Origin: Defluviicoccus sp.
GTDB lineage: Bacteria > Pseudomonadota > Alphaproteobacteria > MPNO01
DNA: 64,000 bases
Direction: 5' to 3'
Assembly (NCBI GenBank): GCA_022823775.1
Contig: JAJEHI010000048.1
Coordinates: forward strand, 42,267-106,266
In this document: positions 46,838 through 57,956 of the stretch, one piece after another
Layout: each line of letters starts with the position of its first letter
Position numbering within the stretch: position 1 is the first letter of the stretch
The notes under the pieces: generated by a model
What the model saw: only the letters and a program-made list of their open reading frames with translations
The model's database searches: none
What the model was told of the DNA's origin: nothing
Made by a program: the position numbers and the translations under genes

Positions 46838-48952
46838 TCAATAGTAGTAGCCGCCAACCAGCGCCGGGGCGGGTTCGTCCCGCTCTTCCGGAGACCCGCC
46901 GGTCCGGACCAGCCGGGCCGTGACGATCACCACCAGCTCGAGGTCCTCCGATCGTATCGAGCGATGCCCGAACAGCGGTCCCAGCAACGGGATGTCCTTG
47001 AACACCGGGAGGCCCGCCTCCCGCGTGTCGGACGCGTTGCGGAACAGCCCGCCTATCACGATCGAGTCTCCGTCGCCCACTTCGACCGTCGTCTCCGCGC
47101 GGCGCACGTTGATCACCGGGATATTGACGCCCACCACCTGGACCGCCTGGTTCAGCGACGGCTCCGACACTTCGGGCCTGACCTTCAGCACGATCCTGCC
47201 GGCGTCTATGACCGTGGGGACGAAGTCGAGCAGGACGCCGTATTTCTTGTATTCGAACAGGATGACCCCGTCCTCGAACCCGGTCGGCAGCGGGTATTCG
47301 CCACCCGAGAAGAACGACGCCGCCTCGCCCGACACGGCGGTGAGGTTGGGCCTGGCCAGCACGTTCGCCGAGCCGGCCCTGGCAAGCGCGTCGATCATGC
47401 CCGAGATGCGCGTGTCCTTCGTATGCCTGCCGAAGAAGAGACCGGGGGAGGGCTGACCGTCGACGAGTGACGGAGCGAAGGCGCCGATCGCGCTTCCCGC
47501 GACCGACGGGACGCTCGCCAGCCGGCCGATCCGGAAGCCGAACACGTTGTCGCCCGGGGTCCGGAATGCCTCCCAATTGATCCCGAGGTCCTCGCTGAGC
47601 GAGCGCTGGACCTCGGCGATCTGGACTTCAAGGCTCACCTGCTGCGCGCCGGCCACACGCAGTTCGGTTTCGACGACGGTGTCCTTCGGCAGAGCCGCCG
47701 CCGCGAGCCGGAGGGCGCGTTCGGCGAGAGCGGCGGAGGCGACATCGCCCGACAGCGCTATTCCCCGCGCGACCCGCCTCGCCCGTACGCCGCGCAGATC
47801 GGGCTCTCCGGCCAGGTTCGCACGAACGGGTTCGAGGTCGAGCATGACGGACACGATCCAGTCCCGCACCCGACCGTCCTCTCCGAGCACCGCGACGGAG
47901 GTTCTGCCGACGCTCTTGCCGACGATGTACAGCACGTCGGGCGATAGCAGCTGAACGTCCGCCACCTCGGGCGCCGCCACCAGCAGCGAGGTCGCGCTGG
48001 AATCGAGCCCGAGGCGCCTGCTCTGCCCCAGCGAAAGGGTCATCGTCGCCGGCAGGGGGACGCCCGGCGTTCGGTCCGCGGCCGCCTCCGCCTCCGGGAC
48101 CGGCGGCGCCTCCCGCTCCGTTCCGGGACCCTGCGGGGAGGGCCGTTCCGCAATGCGAAGCAGGGCGCCCGTGGACCCCGGCAGCGCCGCTTCGCGGGCC
48201 GCGGGGCCGTCCCCTTCCCGCGCCGGCAGACGCATCGCGAGGCTCGGATGGACCGCACGCGCCGCGGCCTGGCGCCGCCGCTCCCGCCGCGCTTCCTCGA
48301 TCAGATGCCACAGCGAAGAACCGTCCTCGCCCAGCCAGAAGGACGGATCGTGCCGCGCGTGAACCTCCGCCGCGCTCTCTTCCTTCCCGGCCGCCAGCAG
48401 CATGCGCACGAAATTCGCGGTGATCCCCGGATGGCCCGAAGACAGGCGGAGAGCCCGGCGGTATTCCGCCTCGGCCGTCTCGTAATCGCCTTCGAGGCTG
48501 GCGAGGACGCCGATGCCGTTGGCGACCCAGGCCGCCGAGGGCCCCCGTCCCGCCGATTCGCGCGCGCTCCCGAAGTGCCGCCGCGCGTCGTCCAGCGTGC
48601 CTTGGGCGAGCGCCGTCCGCCCCGCGCCGAGGAGCGCTTCCGCCTTGATGGCCGGCGCCTCCTCCGCCAGCGCCGCGGCCCCGAGGAAATAGTCCTTCGC
48701 GGCCGGCAGGTCGTTGTCGAGGGACGCGATATATGCCAGCCCGAGGAGCGGTTCGGGAGCCTCGTCGAAGCGTTCGGCCAGGGAGCGGTATAGCCTGCGG
48801 GCGACCGACGGCTGGCCCGCGGTAAAGGCGGCGGCCGCGACGGACAGGTTGTTTTCAAGAAGATCCTGGCGGCCGGCGGGATCGTCCGACGACGGGCCGG
48901 TCGCGCATGAGGCGACCGCCGCGACCGAGATGAAAACGGCAGCGGCGCGCAT
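46838..48952 (-). CDS. cpaC: CpaC/RcpA-type secretin fused to an N-terminal TadD-like TPR domain; lipoprotein signal
   Basis: Real start MRAAAVFISVAAVASC at 48952. The first ~270 aa are TPR-like. These are followed by the pilus-formation N-domain (LSLGQSRRLGLDSS...VLYIVGKSVGRTSV) and the secretin core (ARPNLTAVSGEAASFFSGGEYP...FKDIPLLGPLFG). Confidence 0.75.
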   Translation of the reverse strand: MRAAAVFISVAAVASCATGPSSDDPAGRQDLLENNLSVAAAAFTAGQPSVARRLYRSLAERFDEAPEPLLGLAYIASLDNDLPAAKDYFLGAAALAEEAPAIKAEALLGAGRTALAQGTLDDARRHFGSARESAGRGPSAAWVANGIGVLASLEGDYETAEAEYRRALRLSSGHPGITANFVRMLLAAGKEESAAEVHARHDPSFWLGEDGSSLWHLIEEARRERRRQAAARAVHPSLAMRLPAREGDGPAAREAALPGSTGALLRIAERPSPQGPGTEREAPPVPEAEAAADRTPGVPLPATMTLSLGQSRRLGLDSSATSLLVAAPEVADVQLLSPDVLYIVGKSVGRTSVAVLGEDGRVRDWIVSVMLDLEPVRANLAGEPDLRGVRARRVARGIALSGDVASAALAERALRLAAAALPKDTVVETELRVAGAQQVSLEVQIAEVQRSLSEDLGINWEAFRTPGDNVFGFRIGRLASVPSVAGSAIGAFAPSLVDGQPSPGLFFGRHTKDTRISGMIDALARAGSANVLARPNLTAVSGEAASFFSGGEYPLPTGFEDGVILFEYKKYGVLLDFVPTVIDAGRIVLKVRPEVSEPSLNQAVQVVGVNIPVINVRRAETTVEVGDGDSIVIGGLFRNASDTREAGLPVFKDIPLLGPLFGHRSIRSEDLELVVIVTARLVRTGGSPEERDEPAPALVGGYYY

Positions 48953-49254
48953 GCGCCGGACGAGATGTCGACATGGTTGCCGGATCACGAGCATTTCCAA
49001 TCCGGCCCCGTTGTCAGCGAACGAAGCACGACCGCTCCATCTTCCGTCAAGATTTCGAACCCGGGCGAAGAATGAACGCGGTTCCCGAATTCGATCCTAT
49101 CGATCCAGAGACCGCGAACCTGGGTGTATCCCCGCGATCCGGACGCTCGATCCGGCACCGCCGCAACCGGCGAACCCATAAGCGAACTTGGCAGAATATG
49201 CCTAACACGATATGAATTGTGAACAGAAGTGAGATATTTTGTCGCCCTCGCCCC

Positions 49255-49743
49255 ATGCGGAGGCGGCGTTGTTGCATCGCGCGGAAGGTTCTTTTCCGCG
49301 CGTCGTTTCGGAGACGATCCGTGTTCGAACCCGGGTGCCTGCGGCGGGGCATATTCGTCGCCGCGGCGTTTCTGCCGCTGTTGTTTTCGGCTGGATGCCA
49401 GCAACCCCTCGCCGTCCACGACCCGTATTTCAGGCCGGGCAACACGACTGCCGCTGCGCAAGGCGCCGAAGCGAGACGGGTCGTCAGATACCGCCGGGCG
49501 CTGCAGACCGCGCGGAGATCGTGTCCGACCGATGCGTCCGCCGAGGCCGGCACGCGGGACGGTCCGGTCCCGGCGGACAAGGCGGGCCGCGCGGCGCTCG
49601 CGGCGCTTTGCGCCGATTTGCGCGAGCCGTCCACGGCCGCGCATGGCGGGACCTCGAACGCCTATCGGCGGTGGGTGGAAGACAGGATCCGCGAGCTGCC
49701 GAAGGCGGCGGCGACCGGCGCCGGCGCCGCCGGCGGCTCATGA
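49255..49743 (+). CDS. Putative exported/lipoprotein (possibly a CpaD-like pilus assembly lipoprotein); start uncertain
   Basis: Signal-like segment GIFVAAAFLPLLFSAGCQQ. GC3 is very high in this frame; two other overlapping frames are also open (49229.., 49239..) and are judged spurious. Confidence 0.4.
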   Translation: MRRRRCCIARKVLFRASFRRRSVFEPGCLRRGIFVAAAFLPLLFSAGCQQPLAVHDPYFRPGNTTAAAQGAEARRVVRYRRALQTARRSCPTDASAEAGTRDGPVPADKAGRAALAALCADLREPSTAAHGGTSNAYRRWVEDRIRELPKAAATGAGAAGGS

Positions 49744-49788
49744 CCCGACCGGTCGAAACGTCCCCGCCTCCGGCCGGTTGAGCCCGGG

Positions 49789-50919
49789 ATGGCGGCGTCT
49801 TCCAAGGCTCACTATGCGCGCGGGTTCGCGGCCGACGCCCGGACCGAGCGGGCATTGCGCGCCGGACTTGCCGGCCGCGACGCGAAGGTCCAGCGAGGAC
49901 GCCTGGAAATCGCGCTCCGCACTCTGGCGGCCGAGCCCGCCTCCAGTCTGGTGTTCGTCGACCTCGACGGCAATTCGGACCCGGAAACCGCGGCCAGGCG
50001 ACTGACCGAAGTTTGCCCTTTCGAGACTGCGGTGGTCGCGATCGGTTCCACCGATTCGGCGCGGTTCGGCCACGCGCTCCTGCAACAGGGGATGGCGGAC
50101 TATCTGGTCAAGCCGCTGTCGGCCGCGGTCGTGCGCGAGGCGGTCGCCGCCCTCAGCGGGGAGGCGCCCGAGCATCTCTACGCGGGAGACGTCATCGCTT
50201 TCGCGGGAAGCCCCGGCAGCGGCGTCTCCACCCTGGTCGCCGCGGTCGCGCACGCCGCCGCCGCCGACGGCCGCACCGCTTCCGTCGTCGACCTCGACCC
50301 GGTTTGCGGCAAGCTCTCCGCGCGGCTCGGCGTCGAACCCGGGGACGGCCTGCGCCCGCTCCTTGCTTCGATCGGCGCCGGCGCGGCCGATGACCCGGAC
50401 CCTCATATCGACCCCGACAGGATCGACCGAATATCGACGCCGGCGGCTTCCGGCATTTCGCTGATCGCTTACCCGAAGGCCGAGGCGCCGCCGGAAAGCG
50501 CCGACGCGGCGGCGCTCTCCGCCCTCTTCAGGCATCTCGCCAACCGGACCCATCTCGTGCTGGCGACCGGGATGCCGGATCCCGAGACGCAGCTTCTGCT
50601 GATGCGGGACGCCGATGCTCGGGTTCTGGTCTACGAACCGACGATAGCGAGCGTCGGCGCCGTGGTGCGTCGGTTGGCGCGGCTCGGCCCCGACCGGCCC
50701 GCCACGCTGGTCCAGTGCTCCACGCGGGGTCGCCGTTACACGCTGTCCTCCGCCCATGTCCGCTACGCGTTCGGCGACCGGCGCCCGGACGTCGTGCTTC
50801 CCTTCGATCCGGCGCTCCACGCGGCCGCCACCGGCAAGCCATCGGGCCGCCCGGGAAAGGCCTACCGCAAGGCGCTGCGCCAGGCGATAGAGCTGGTCGG
50901 ACAAGATCATCGTTCGTGA
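49789..50919 (+). CDS. cpaE: CpaE/TadZ-family pilus assembly protein (receiver-like N-domain + MinD/ParA-like domain), paralogue 1
   Basis: The receiver-like part is LVFVDLDG...ADYLVKPL. The deviant Walker A, IAFAGSPGSGVSTLVAA, lacks the conserved lysines. Confidence 0.7.
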   Translation: MAASSKAHYARGFAADARTERALRAGLAGRDAKVQRGRLEIALRTLAAEPASSLVFVDLDGNSDPETAARRLTEVCPFETAVVAIGSTDSARFGHALLQQGMADYLVKPLSAAVVREAVAALSGEAPEHLYAGDVIAFAGSPGSGVSTLVAAVAHAAAADGRTASVVDLDPVCGKLSARLGVEPGDGLRPLLASIGAGAADDPDPHIDPDRIDRISTPAASGISLIAYPKAEAPPESADAAALSALFRHLANRTHLVLATGMPDPETQLLLMRDADARVLVYEPTIASVGAVVRRLARLGPDRPATLVQCSTRGRRYTLSSAHVRYAFGDRRPDVVLPFDPALHAAATGKPSGRPGKAYRKALRQAIELVGQDHRS

Positions 50920-51265
50920 CCGCGAAGGCCGCATTTCACGCGTCGGGAAGAGTCGGAACTCCGATTTTCCCGGTCTTGGGAGCGGGCATTGCGCGTCGTG
51001 CGTCAATCCGCCGCAACGGCGGTCGTAGACGGGAGTCGGCGGTCGGGCAAAGATAAGCTCCATTAACGGTTTAGGCGGGGTGAGGGCGGTTTCGCTTATC
51101 GCCCTCCAGCTTGCGGCGAACCGTCCCGACGCGCCGATTTCGCGCTCCGCAACGCAAAATATCGTTGACGCTTTTCGCCCCGGCGAATAGATGACCGCAC
51201 CGATATGGCGGCATGACCCGGATGAGATCGATATCGATCCGCGCGGGGGCCGCTGCATCGTCCGC

Positions 51266-51291
51266 CGGCCGGACAAGCCCGTCCGGCCGGG
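51266..51291. promoter_or_regulatory. Perfect 10-bp-arm hairpin CCGGCCGGAC-aagccc-GTCCGGCCGG, 15 bp upstream of tadE-like gene
   Basis: Seen directly. It lies in the 388-bp intergenic region, where a candidate -35/-10 (TTGACG-N17-TAGATG at ~51166) is also present. Confidence 0.3.
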
Positions 51292-51306
51292 CTTGATCGC
51301 AATTCG

Positions 51307-51849
51307 ATGCGGAGCGGGTGCGTGAACCGGATCGTCAGACATGGCTGGCTTGCAGCGCGGGACTTCTGGCGCGCCCGGCGCGCGGCGGTCGCGCTGGAAA
51401 CGGCGATCGCGGTGCCGGTTCTCCTCTTCGCGTTCGCGGGCCTGATGGAAATCGTGCACTCGGCCTATGTCAGCGACAACATGAACCGCGCCGCCCGCGC
51501 CGCCGCCCGAGCGATCGCGATCGCGCCGGACAGCGCGGCGGGTAGCGGCGCGCTCGACAGCGTCGCCTGCACGGCGATCCGGCGCGAACTCAAGCTGGTC
51601 GAGAGTTTCGACTGCGGCGCGAGCTGGACGCTCACGGTCGACACGGATCTCACTCCCGCCGCCTTGCTGGCCGGCGGAGACGGGGGCGACGGCGAGGCGG
51701 ACGGGGACATGGTGGTCGTGCGGATCGCCTGGAGCCGGGAGCCCTGGGAGATCGGCCAGCTCATCGCCTCGCTCGACGAGGGAGACGGCGAGCCCGACCG
51801 CCGGATCGCGGTCGGCGTCGCCCGCCGGGAACCGGTGGCGGGGAGCTGA
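51307..51849 (+). CDS. tadE: TadE/TadF-like pseudopilin-type protein
   Basis: The N-terminal TadE motif is AAVALETAIAVPVLLFAFAGLMEI; 180 aa. Confidence 0.65.
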   Translation: MRSGCVNRIVRHGWLAARDFWRARRAAVALETAIAVPVLLFAFAGLMEIVHSAYVSDNMNRAARAAARAIAIAPDSAAGSGALDSVACTAIRRELKLVESFDCGASWTLTVDTDLTPAALLAGGDGGDGEADGDMVVVRIAWSREPWEIGQLIASLDEGDGEPDRRIAVGVARREPVAGS

Positions 51850-51856
51850 TCCGCCC

Positions 51857-52528
51857 GTGACCGCGCTCCCGTCCCTCCCGCTCCGGTCCTTCGTCCGCGA
51901 CACGCGCGCCCTGGCCGGTATCGAGCTCGCGTTCGGATCCGTGGCGCTCGCGACGATCGCCACGCTGTGCTTCGACCTCTACTCGCTGGTCGGCGTCACC
52001 AGCGCCAGCGCGCGTAGCGCCGTCGCCATGGCGGAGTACGTTTCGCGCGACAGCGCCCCGGACGGGGATCAGGTGACGGCGCTGGGCCGGTTCCTGCACC
52101 GGGAGGAGTTCGGCGCCCCCGCCGATCTGGTCTACGTGATCTCCGCCGTCCGGCGTCCGCCGGGGGACGAGCCCGCGGAAGTCCTGTGGGTCGACGACAC
52201 GATCCGGTTCGGCGACTCCGCGACGACGGCGGCCCTCGCCGGCGAGTGCGCCCGCCGCGGCAGCGCGGGCTGGCGGGCCGGGCTGCTTGGCGCGCCGGGC
52301 TCCCTCGGCATGAGCGAGGGGGAGGTGGCGATCGTGGCCGAGGTCTGCGCGCGTCCCATGCGCGAGGGCATGCTTTCCGGCCGCCTGGTCACCGGAGACA
52401 TCTACCGCGTTCATATCCTGCCGTCCCGCGATCCCCGGCAGGCGCCAGAGCCGCCAGTCCATTCGACCTCGGCGGAGGACACGGACAGGACGGGCGCCGG
52501 TCCGCCGCACAAGGTTTCGATTTCATGA
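51857..52528 (+). CDS. tadF: TadE/TadF-like protein (second copy)
   Basis: GTG start; N-terminal LAGIELAFGSVALATIATLCFDLYS; 223 aa. Confidence 0.6.
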   Translation: MTALPSLPLRSFVRDTRALAGIELAFGSVALATIATLCFDLYSLVGVTSASARSAVAMAEYVSRDSAPDGDQVTALGRFLHREEFGAPADLVYVISAVRRPPGDEPAEVLWVDDTIRFGDSATTAALAGECARRGSAGWRAGLLGAPGSLGMSEGEVAIVAEVCARPMREGMLSGRLVTGDIYRVHILPSRDPRQAPEPPVHSTSAEDTDRTGAGPPHKVSIS

Positions 52529-52682
52529 TCGCCGGGGCCGACGGCAACGGCGATTCCGCTCACGATCGATAACGCAACGGGAGAACCGAGACATCGAGTA
52601 GACCGACCAGATAGTTGCCGATGCAACCAAGCCGGCACGGTGCGCCGGCGACCGTTTTTACCGACCCAGAAGGGATTCCAAA

Positions 52683-52922
52683 ATGAATACTCGATTTGCA
52701 ACCCGCCTGTTCAGGCGCTTCGCGCGCGACAACAAGGCCGTCTCCGCCCTCGAATACGCCATCCTGGTGGGTGTCATCACCGCCGGCGTCGGCGCAGCCG
52801 TCGCGGCGTTCACGGACCAGATCGACGACATGATCGATCAAATCGCCACCAACGTGACCGCCAACGAGGCCAACATCGGCACCGGTGGCGCCGGCGGTGG
52901 CGGCGGCGACGCCGCCGAGTGA
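52683..52922 (+). CDS. flp: Flp/Fap-family type IVb pilin
   Basis: 79 aa. The Flp motif ...DNKAVSALEYAILVGVITAGVGAAV has G/A before the EY; the C-terminus is a Gly-rich acidic tail TGGAGGGGGDAAE. Confidence 0.75.
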   Translation: MNTRFATRLFRRFARDNKAVSALEYAILVGVITAGVGAAVAAFTDQIDDMIDQIATNVTANEANIGTGGAGGGGGDAAE

Positions 52923-53110
52923 TCGATACCGCCTGGAGCGCCGGTCGCCGTGCCCTCGGGGCGGCGGCCGGCGCGGCTGTCCCGCTACCGTAACGGACAT
53001 GGCCGCCCCCGGCTCCGGGCGGCCGTTTCCGGCATCCGGCGGGCCTGACCGCGGGTCCTCCGGATTTTCGGGGCCGCGGCCGAACCGGTTCCTTTCCGAA
53101 AAAGCCCACA

Positions 53111-54612
53111 ATGACTCTCGACGCTTCTCCGAACGGCCGCGATCGTCCGGCCGGGCCTCCCCCGGAACGCGCGCCCGACTTCGACCTCGATTTCGACGTC
53201 GATTTCGAGGCCCTGCTGCGGGCCGGGCTTCCGGACGATCCGGGCGAGGGCGAGGACGCCACCGCCGCCGACCTGGCGAGCGCTCTCTCCGCCGGCCCCT
53301 TGGACGATCCATCTCCGCCGCCGGCCGATCCGGACCTGCCCGACCTCGCGGACCTTTCCGGCATCGCGGCGGACCTGCCGGGTCCGGGCGCCGCGATCGA
53401 CGCCGGCAGCGATGAGGACGCGGACGACACGGCTTCCGAGTCGACGCCCGAAGGTCCCGCCGCCGCGCTCGCCTTCGCGGCCGATGCGGAGACCGAGAAC
53501 GCCCTGCGCGAGGGTCTGATGCATTTCGAAGGGGCGATGCCGGACTGCGACGATCCCCAGGTTTGGCCGGGCGGCCTGCGAGCGGCCGTCGCGGCGCTCG
53601 CCGACGGGCATTCCTCCGGTCTCGTCATCGTCGATATCGACGGTATCGCCTACCCGTCGGGCGCCATTCACGAGCTTGCCGAGGTCTGCGAGATCGGAAC
53701 CGTCGTCATCGCGGTCGGCTCGAACGGCACCGCCCGTTTCAGCCGCGAAATATTGCTTGCCGGGGTCAGCGACTATCTGGTGAAGCCGCTCACCCCGCAG
53801 ACGGTGAGGGAGGCGACACGCCGCGCGGCCGCGTCCCGGGCGGACGCCCCCGCGAGGGGATGCGTCGCCGGGTTCGCCGGCACCGGCGGCAGCGGCGCGA
53901 CCACCCTGGCGGTGGCGACCGCGCTCCATGCGGCGGAGACCGGCCGTTACGTTTCTGTGCTCGATCTGAACCGGACCGTCCCCGTCGCGGCGCTTCTGCT
54001 CGACGTGCAGCCGGCGGCCGGGCTGGAACAGGTCATCGAGGTCGCCGGCGACGCGCCGCTCGAGGCAAACACGCTGGACGGCGTCCGGGCGCAGCGCTCC
54101 GAGCGGGTATCGATCTACGCCTATCGCTGGTCTCCCGTGCTGCCCCCGGCGCCGTCGGGCCCGGCGCTCGCCCGCCTGCTGGGCGAACTGAAGAGCCGGT
54201 CCCAGCTCGTGCTCGTCGACGGGATCGACGATCCGCCGACCCAATTCGCCCTGCTGTCCGAGGTCGATGTCCCCGTTCTGGTGGCGGAACCGACGGCGGA
54301 CGGCGCAACCCGCGCGGCCCGTATGCTGGAGCTTCTCCCCGGCGACGCCCCGGCCGTCGCGGTGAAGAACCACACGCGCGCGTTCCGGCCGGACGCGGGG
54401 GCGCGGGCGCTCGTCGACGCCGGGATGGAGGCCGCGCCGGACATCCTGGTTCTGTACCTTCCGTCGCTGCCGGAAATCGCCGACCGGGGCTGGCCGCGCG
54501 GCAGGCTTCCCCGCCGCTTGCGCAAGCCCGTCGCGAGCCTTCTCGAACGGATCCTCGCATCGGCCCGCCTCGCCCGTGTCGTCCCGGACGGGCGCCTCGC
54601 GGAGGCGGCGTG

Positions 54613-54613
<1 letters not shown>
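53111..54613 (+). CDS. cpaE: CpaE/TadZ-family protein, paralogue 2, with a ~140-aa acidic/Pro-rich N-terminal extension
   Basis: The receiver-like region is LVIVDIDG...SDYLVKPL. The MinD-like domain has the Walker A-like GFAGTGGSGATTLAVA, again without lysine. Confidence 0.7.
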
Positions 54614-56006
<1,393 letters not shown>

Positions 56007-56010
<4 letters not shown>

Positions 56011-56966
56011 CGCACTTCCTGATCGTCGTGGGCACGGCCCTGGTGGCGACGCTGCCCGGGGTCGCCTTCCTGCTGCTGCTGTGGAACCGCGACCGGCGGT
56101 TGCGCGGCCGGCTTCAGGGCGCGTCCGCTTCGCATATCGACGAGGCGGTCTCCGAGGACGATGCGACCGAGGCCATCGTCTTTCGCTCCTCGGCCGGATC
56201 GCGGTCGGCTCGCCTCCGGCGCGCGATCGAGAGCCGGTATCCCCTGCTCGACGCCCGGCGGGCGGTTCCGCGCGCGGTTCTCGCGGGCGGCGCGGCGGCG
56301 GCCGGCCTGTGGGTTTCGATGTGGTTCCTGAAGATCCCCTCCGGCTGGTGGACGATGCCCCTCGTCGGGTTGGGCGGCGTGGGCGGCATCTGGTACGCGC
56401 TGTCGTGGTTTCACTCGCGGCAGGCGACCGAGTTCACCCGCCAGTTCCCCGAAGTCATCGACCAGATCGTGCGGCTATCCGCGGCGGGGCTGCCCGCGCT
56501 TGAGGCGATCCCTGTCGCCGCCGAAGACGCCCGGGCGCCCGTCAAGCCGGTGCTGAACGCCGTCTGCGACGGGCTTAGCGGCGGGCTCGATCCCGACACC
56601 GCTCTTCGAACTGTCGCCACCCGCGTCCGCCTCGCGGACTTCACCTTGTTCGCCGCGGTGATACTGCTGCAGCGCCGCGCCGGCGGCGGTATCTCCGCCG
56701 CGTTCGCCACCCTCTCCCGCACGCTTCGCGATCGTCGCAACACCGCGCTGAAGGCGCAGACATCCACCGCGCAGACCCGCCTGACCCTTATGGTGCTGTC
56801 CGTGATGCCGGTGGTGATGCTCAGCATCCAGAAGTTCATCTCGCCCCAATCCGCCGCGATCCTCTTCGAGACCGAACGGGGGACGACCCTCCTGCATTGG
56901 GGCGTCGGCCTGATCGTCGCCGGCCTTCTGGTCGCGAAGGCTATCGCTTCGCGCGTCGAGCAATAG
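56007..56966 (+). CDS. tadB: TadB (T2SS-F-domain inner-membrane platform protein)
   Basis: GTG start overlapping the cpaF stop (GTGA); 319 aa with a T2SSF domain. Confidence 0.8.
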
Positions 56967-56983
56967 GGAAGGGCGGGCCTCTC

Positions 56984-57955
56984 ATGCAGAACGCCTTCAT
57001 ACCGGTCGCCGGACTCGTCCTGGGCGCCGCCTACGTGCTGCTTCTCGCGCCGCTGATTATCCGGGAAACGCGGCGGGCGCAGCAAATGGACAGGCGGTTG
57101 ACCGCGTTGCGCGATTCCCCGTTCGGCTACGCCGCCGGACACGCGGCCCGCGACGGCGGCCGGGGCAAGGCCCTGATCAGGGCGCTCGGCCTGACGGCCA
57201 TGCGTGTGGCGTCGATGCTGGTCCCGATCGGCGCGGCCGAGCGCGAGAAACTCACCCGCATGCTCCGCGCGGGCGGCTTCGGGCAGCACGAAGCGCTCTC
57301 CGTTTTCCTCTCCGCGAAGCTCGGCGGCGCGTTCCTCCTCGCCATCGGCGCCGGGCTCTGGGCGACCTCTTCGGAGACGGTCGGACAGCACGCGTTTCTC
57401 GCCCTGTTCGCCGCGCTGGCGGGCTTCGTGATCGGCGGTGTCATCCCGGAATACGTGCTGCGTGCGCTGGTGGCCCGAAGGCTGCAACGGATGACCGCGG
57501 TCCTGCCCGACGCGCTGGACATGCTGGTGATGTGCCTCGAATCCGGCCTGACGGCGGAACGGGGAATCCTGACGGTCGCCGACACGCTGGCGCCCATCGA
57601 GCCCAATCTCGCCAGGGAGTTCCAGCAGATCGAGGCGGAGCTGCGGGTCGCGTCGGACCGCCGCGCGGCGCTCACCGAGTATTACCGGCGCACGGAGATC
57701 GACGGTCTGCGCGACCTCGTGATGGCGCTCATACAGGGCGACCGGTACGGCACCCCGCTGTCCCAGTCGATGAAGAACATCGCGGCCGACGAACGGATGC
57801 AAAAGGCGGCGCGCATCGCGACCCAGGCCGAGCGCCTGCCGGTCCTGATGACCCTGCCGATGATCATTCTCGTGGTTCCCGGAACCATGCTCCTGGTGGC
57901 GGGCCCCGCCGTTCTGGGCGCGCTTACCGGGCTGGCAAAAATGAGTGGCGGATAG
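56984..57955 (+). CDS. tadC: TadC (T2SS-F-domain inner-membrane platform protein)
   Basis: Start MQNAFIPVAGLVLGAAYVLL; 323 aa with a T2SSF domain. Confidence 0.8.
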   Translation: MQNAFIPVAGLVLGAAYVLLLAPLIIRETRRAQQMDRRLTALRDSPFGYAAGHAARDGGRGKALIRALGLTAMRVASMLVPIGAAEREKLTRMLRAGGFGQHEALSVFLSAKLGGAFLLAIGAGLWATSSETVGQHAFLALFAALAGFVIGGVIPEYVLRALVARRLQRMTAVLPDALDMLVMCLESGLTAERGILTVADTLAPIEPNLAREFQQIEAELRVASDRRAALTEYYRRTEIDGLRDLVMALIQGDRYGTPLSQSMKNIAADERMQKAARIATQAERLPVLMTLPMIILVVPGTMLLVAGPAVLGALTGLAKMSGG

Positions 57956-57956
57956 G

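Noticed and set aside
49229-50005. Alternative open frames 49229..50005 and 49239..49781 over the putative lipoprotein gene
   Set aside because: All three frames are open here. Only frame 1 gives a signal-peptide-like N-terminus and high GC3. 49229..50005 would also run into cpaE1 in the wrong frame.
51181-51306. 45-codon ORF (MTAPIWRHDPDEIDIDPRGGRCIVRRPDKPVRPGLIAIRCGAGA) in the tadE upstream interval
   Set aside because: It has no RBS or conservation signal and runs through the hairpin; this is more likely a non-coding regulatory region.
52922-53111. Possible terminator hairpin after flp (gccctcggggc region)
   Set aside because: Only a 4-bp stem is perfect and there is no U-tract; this is too weak to call.
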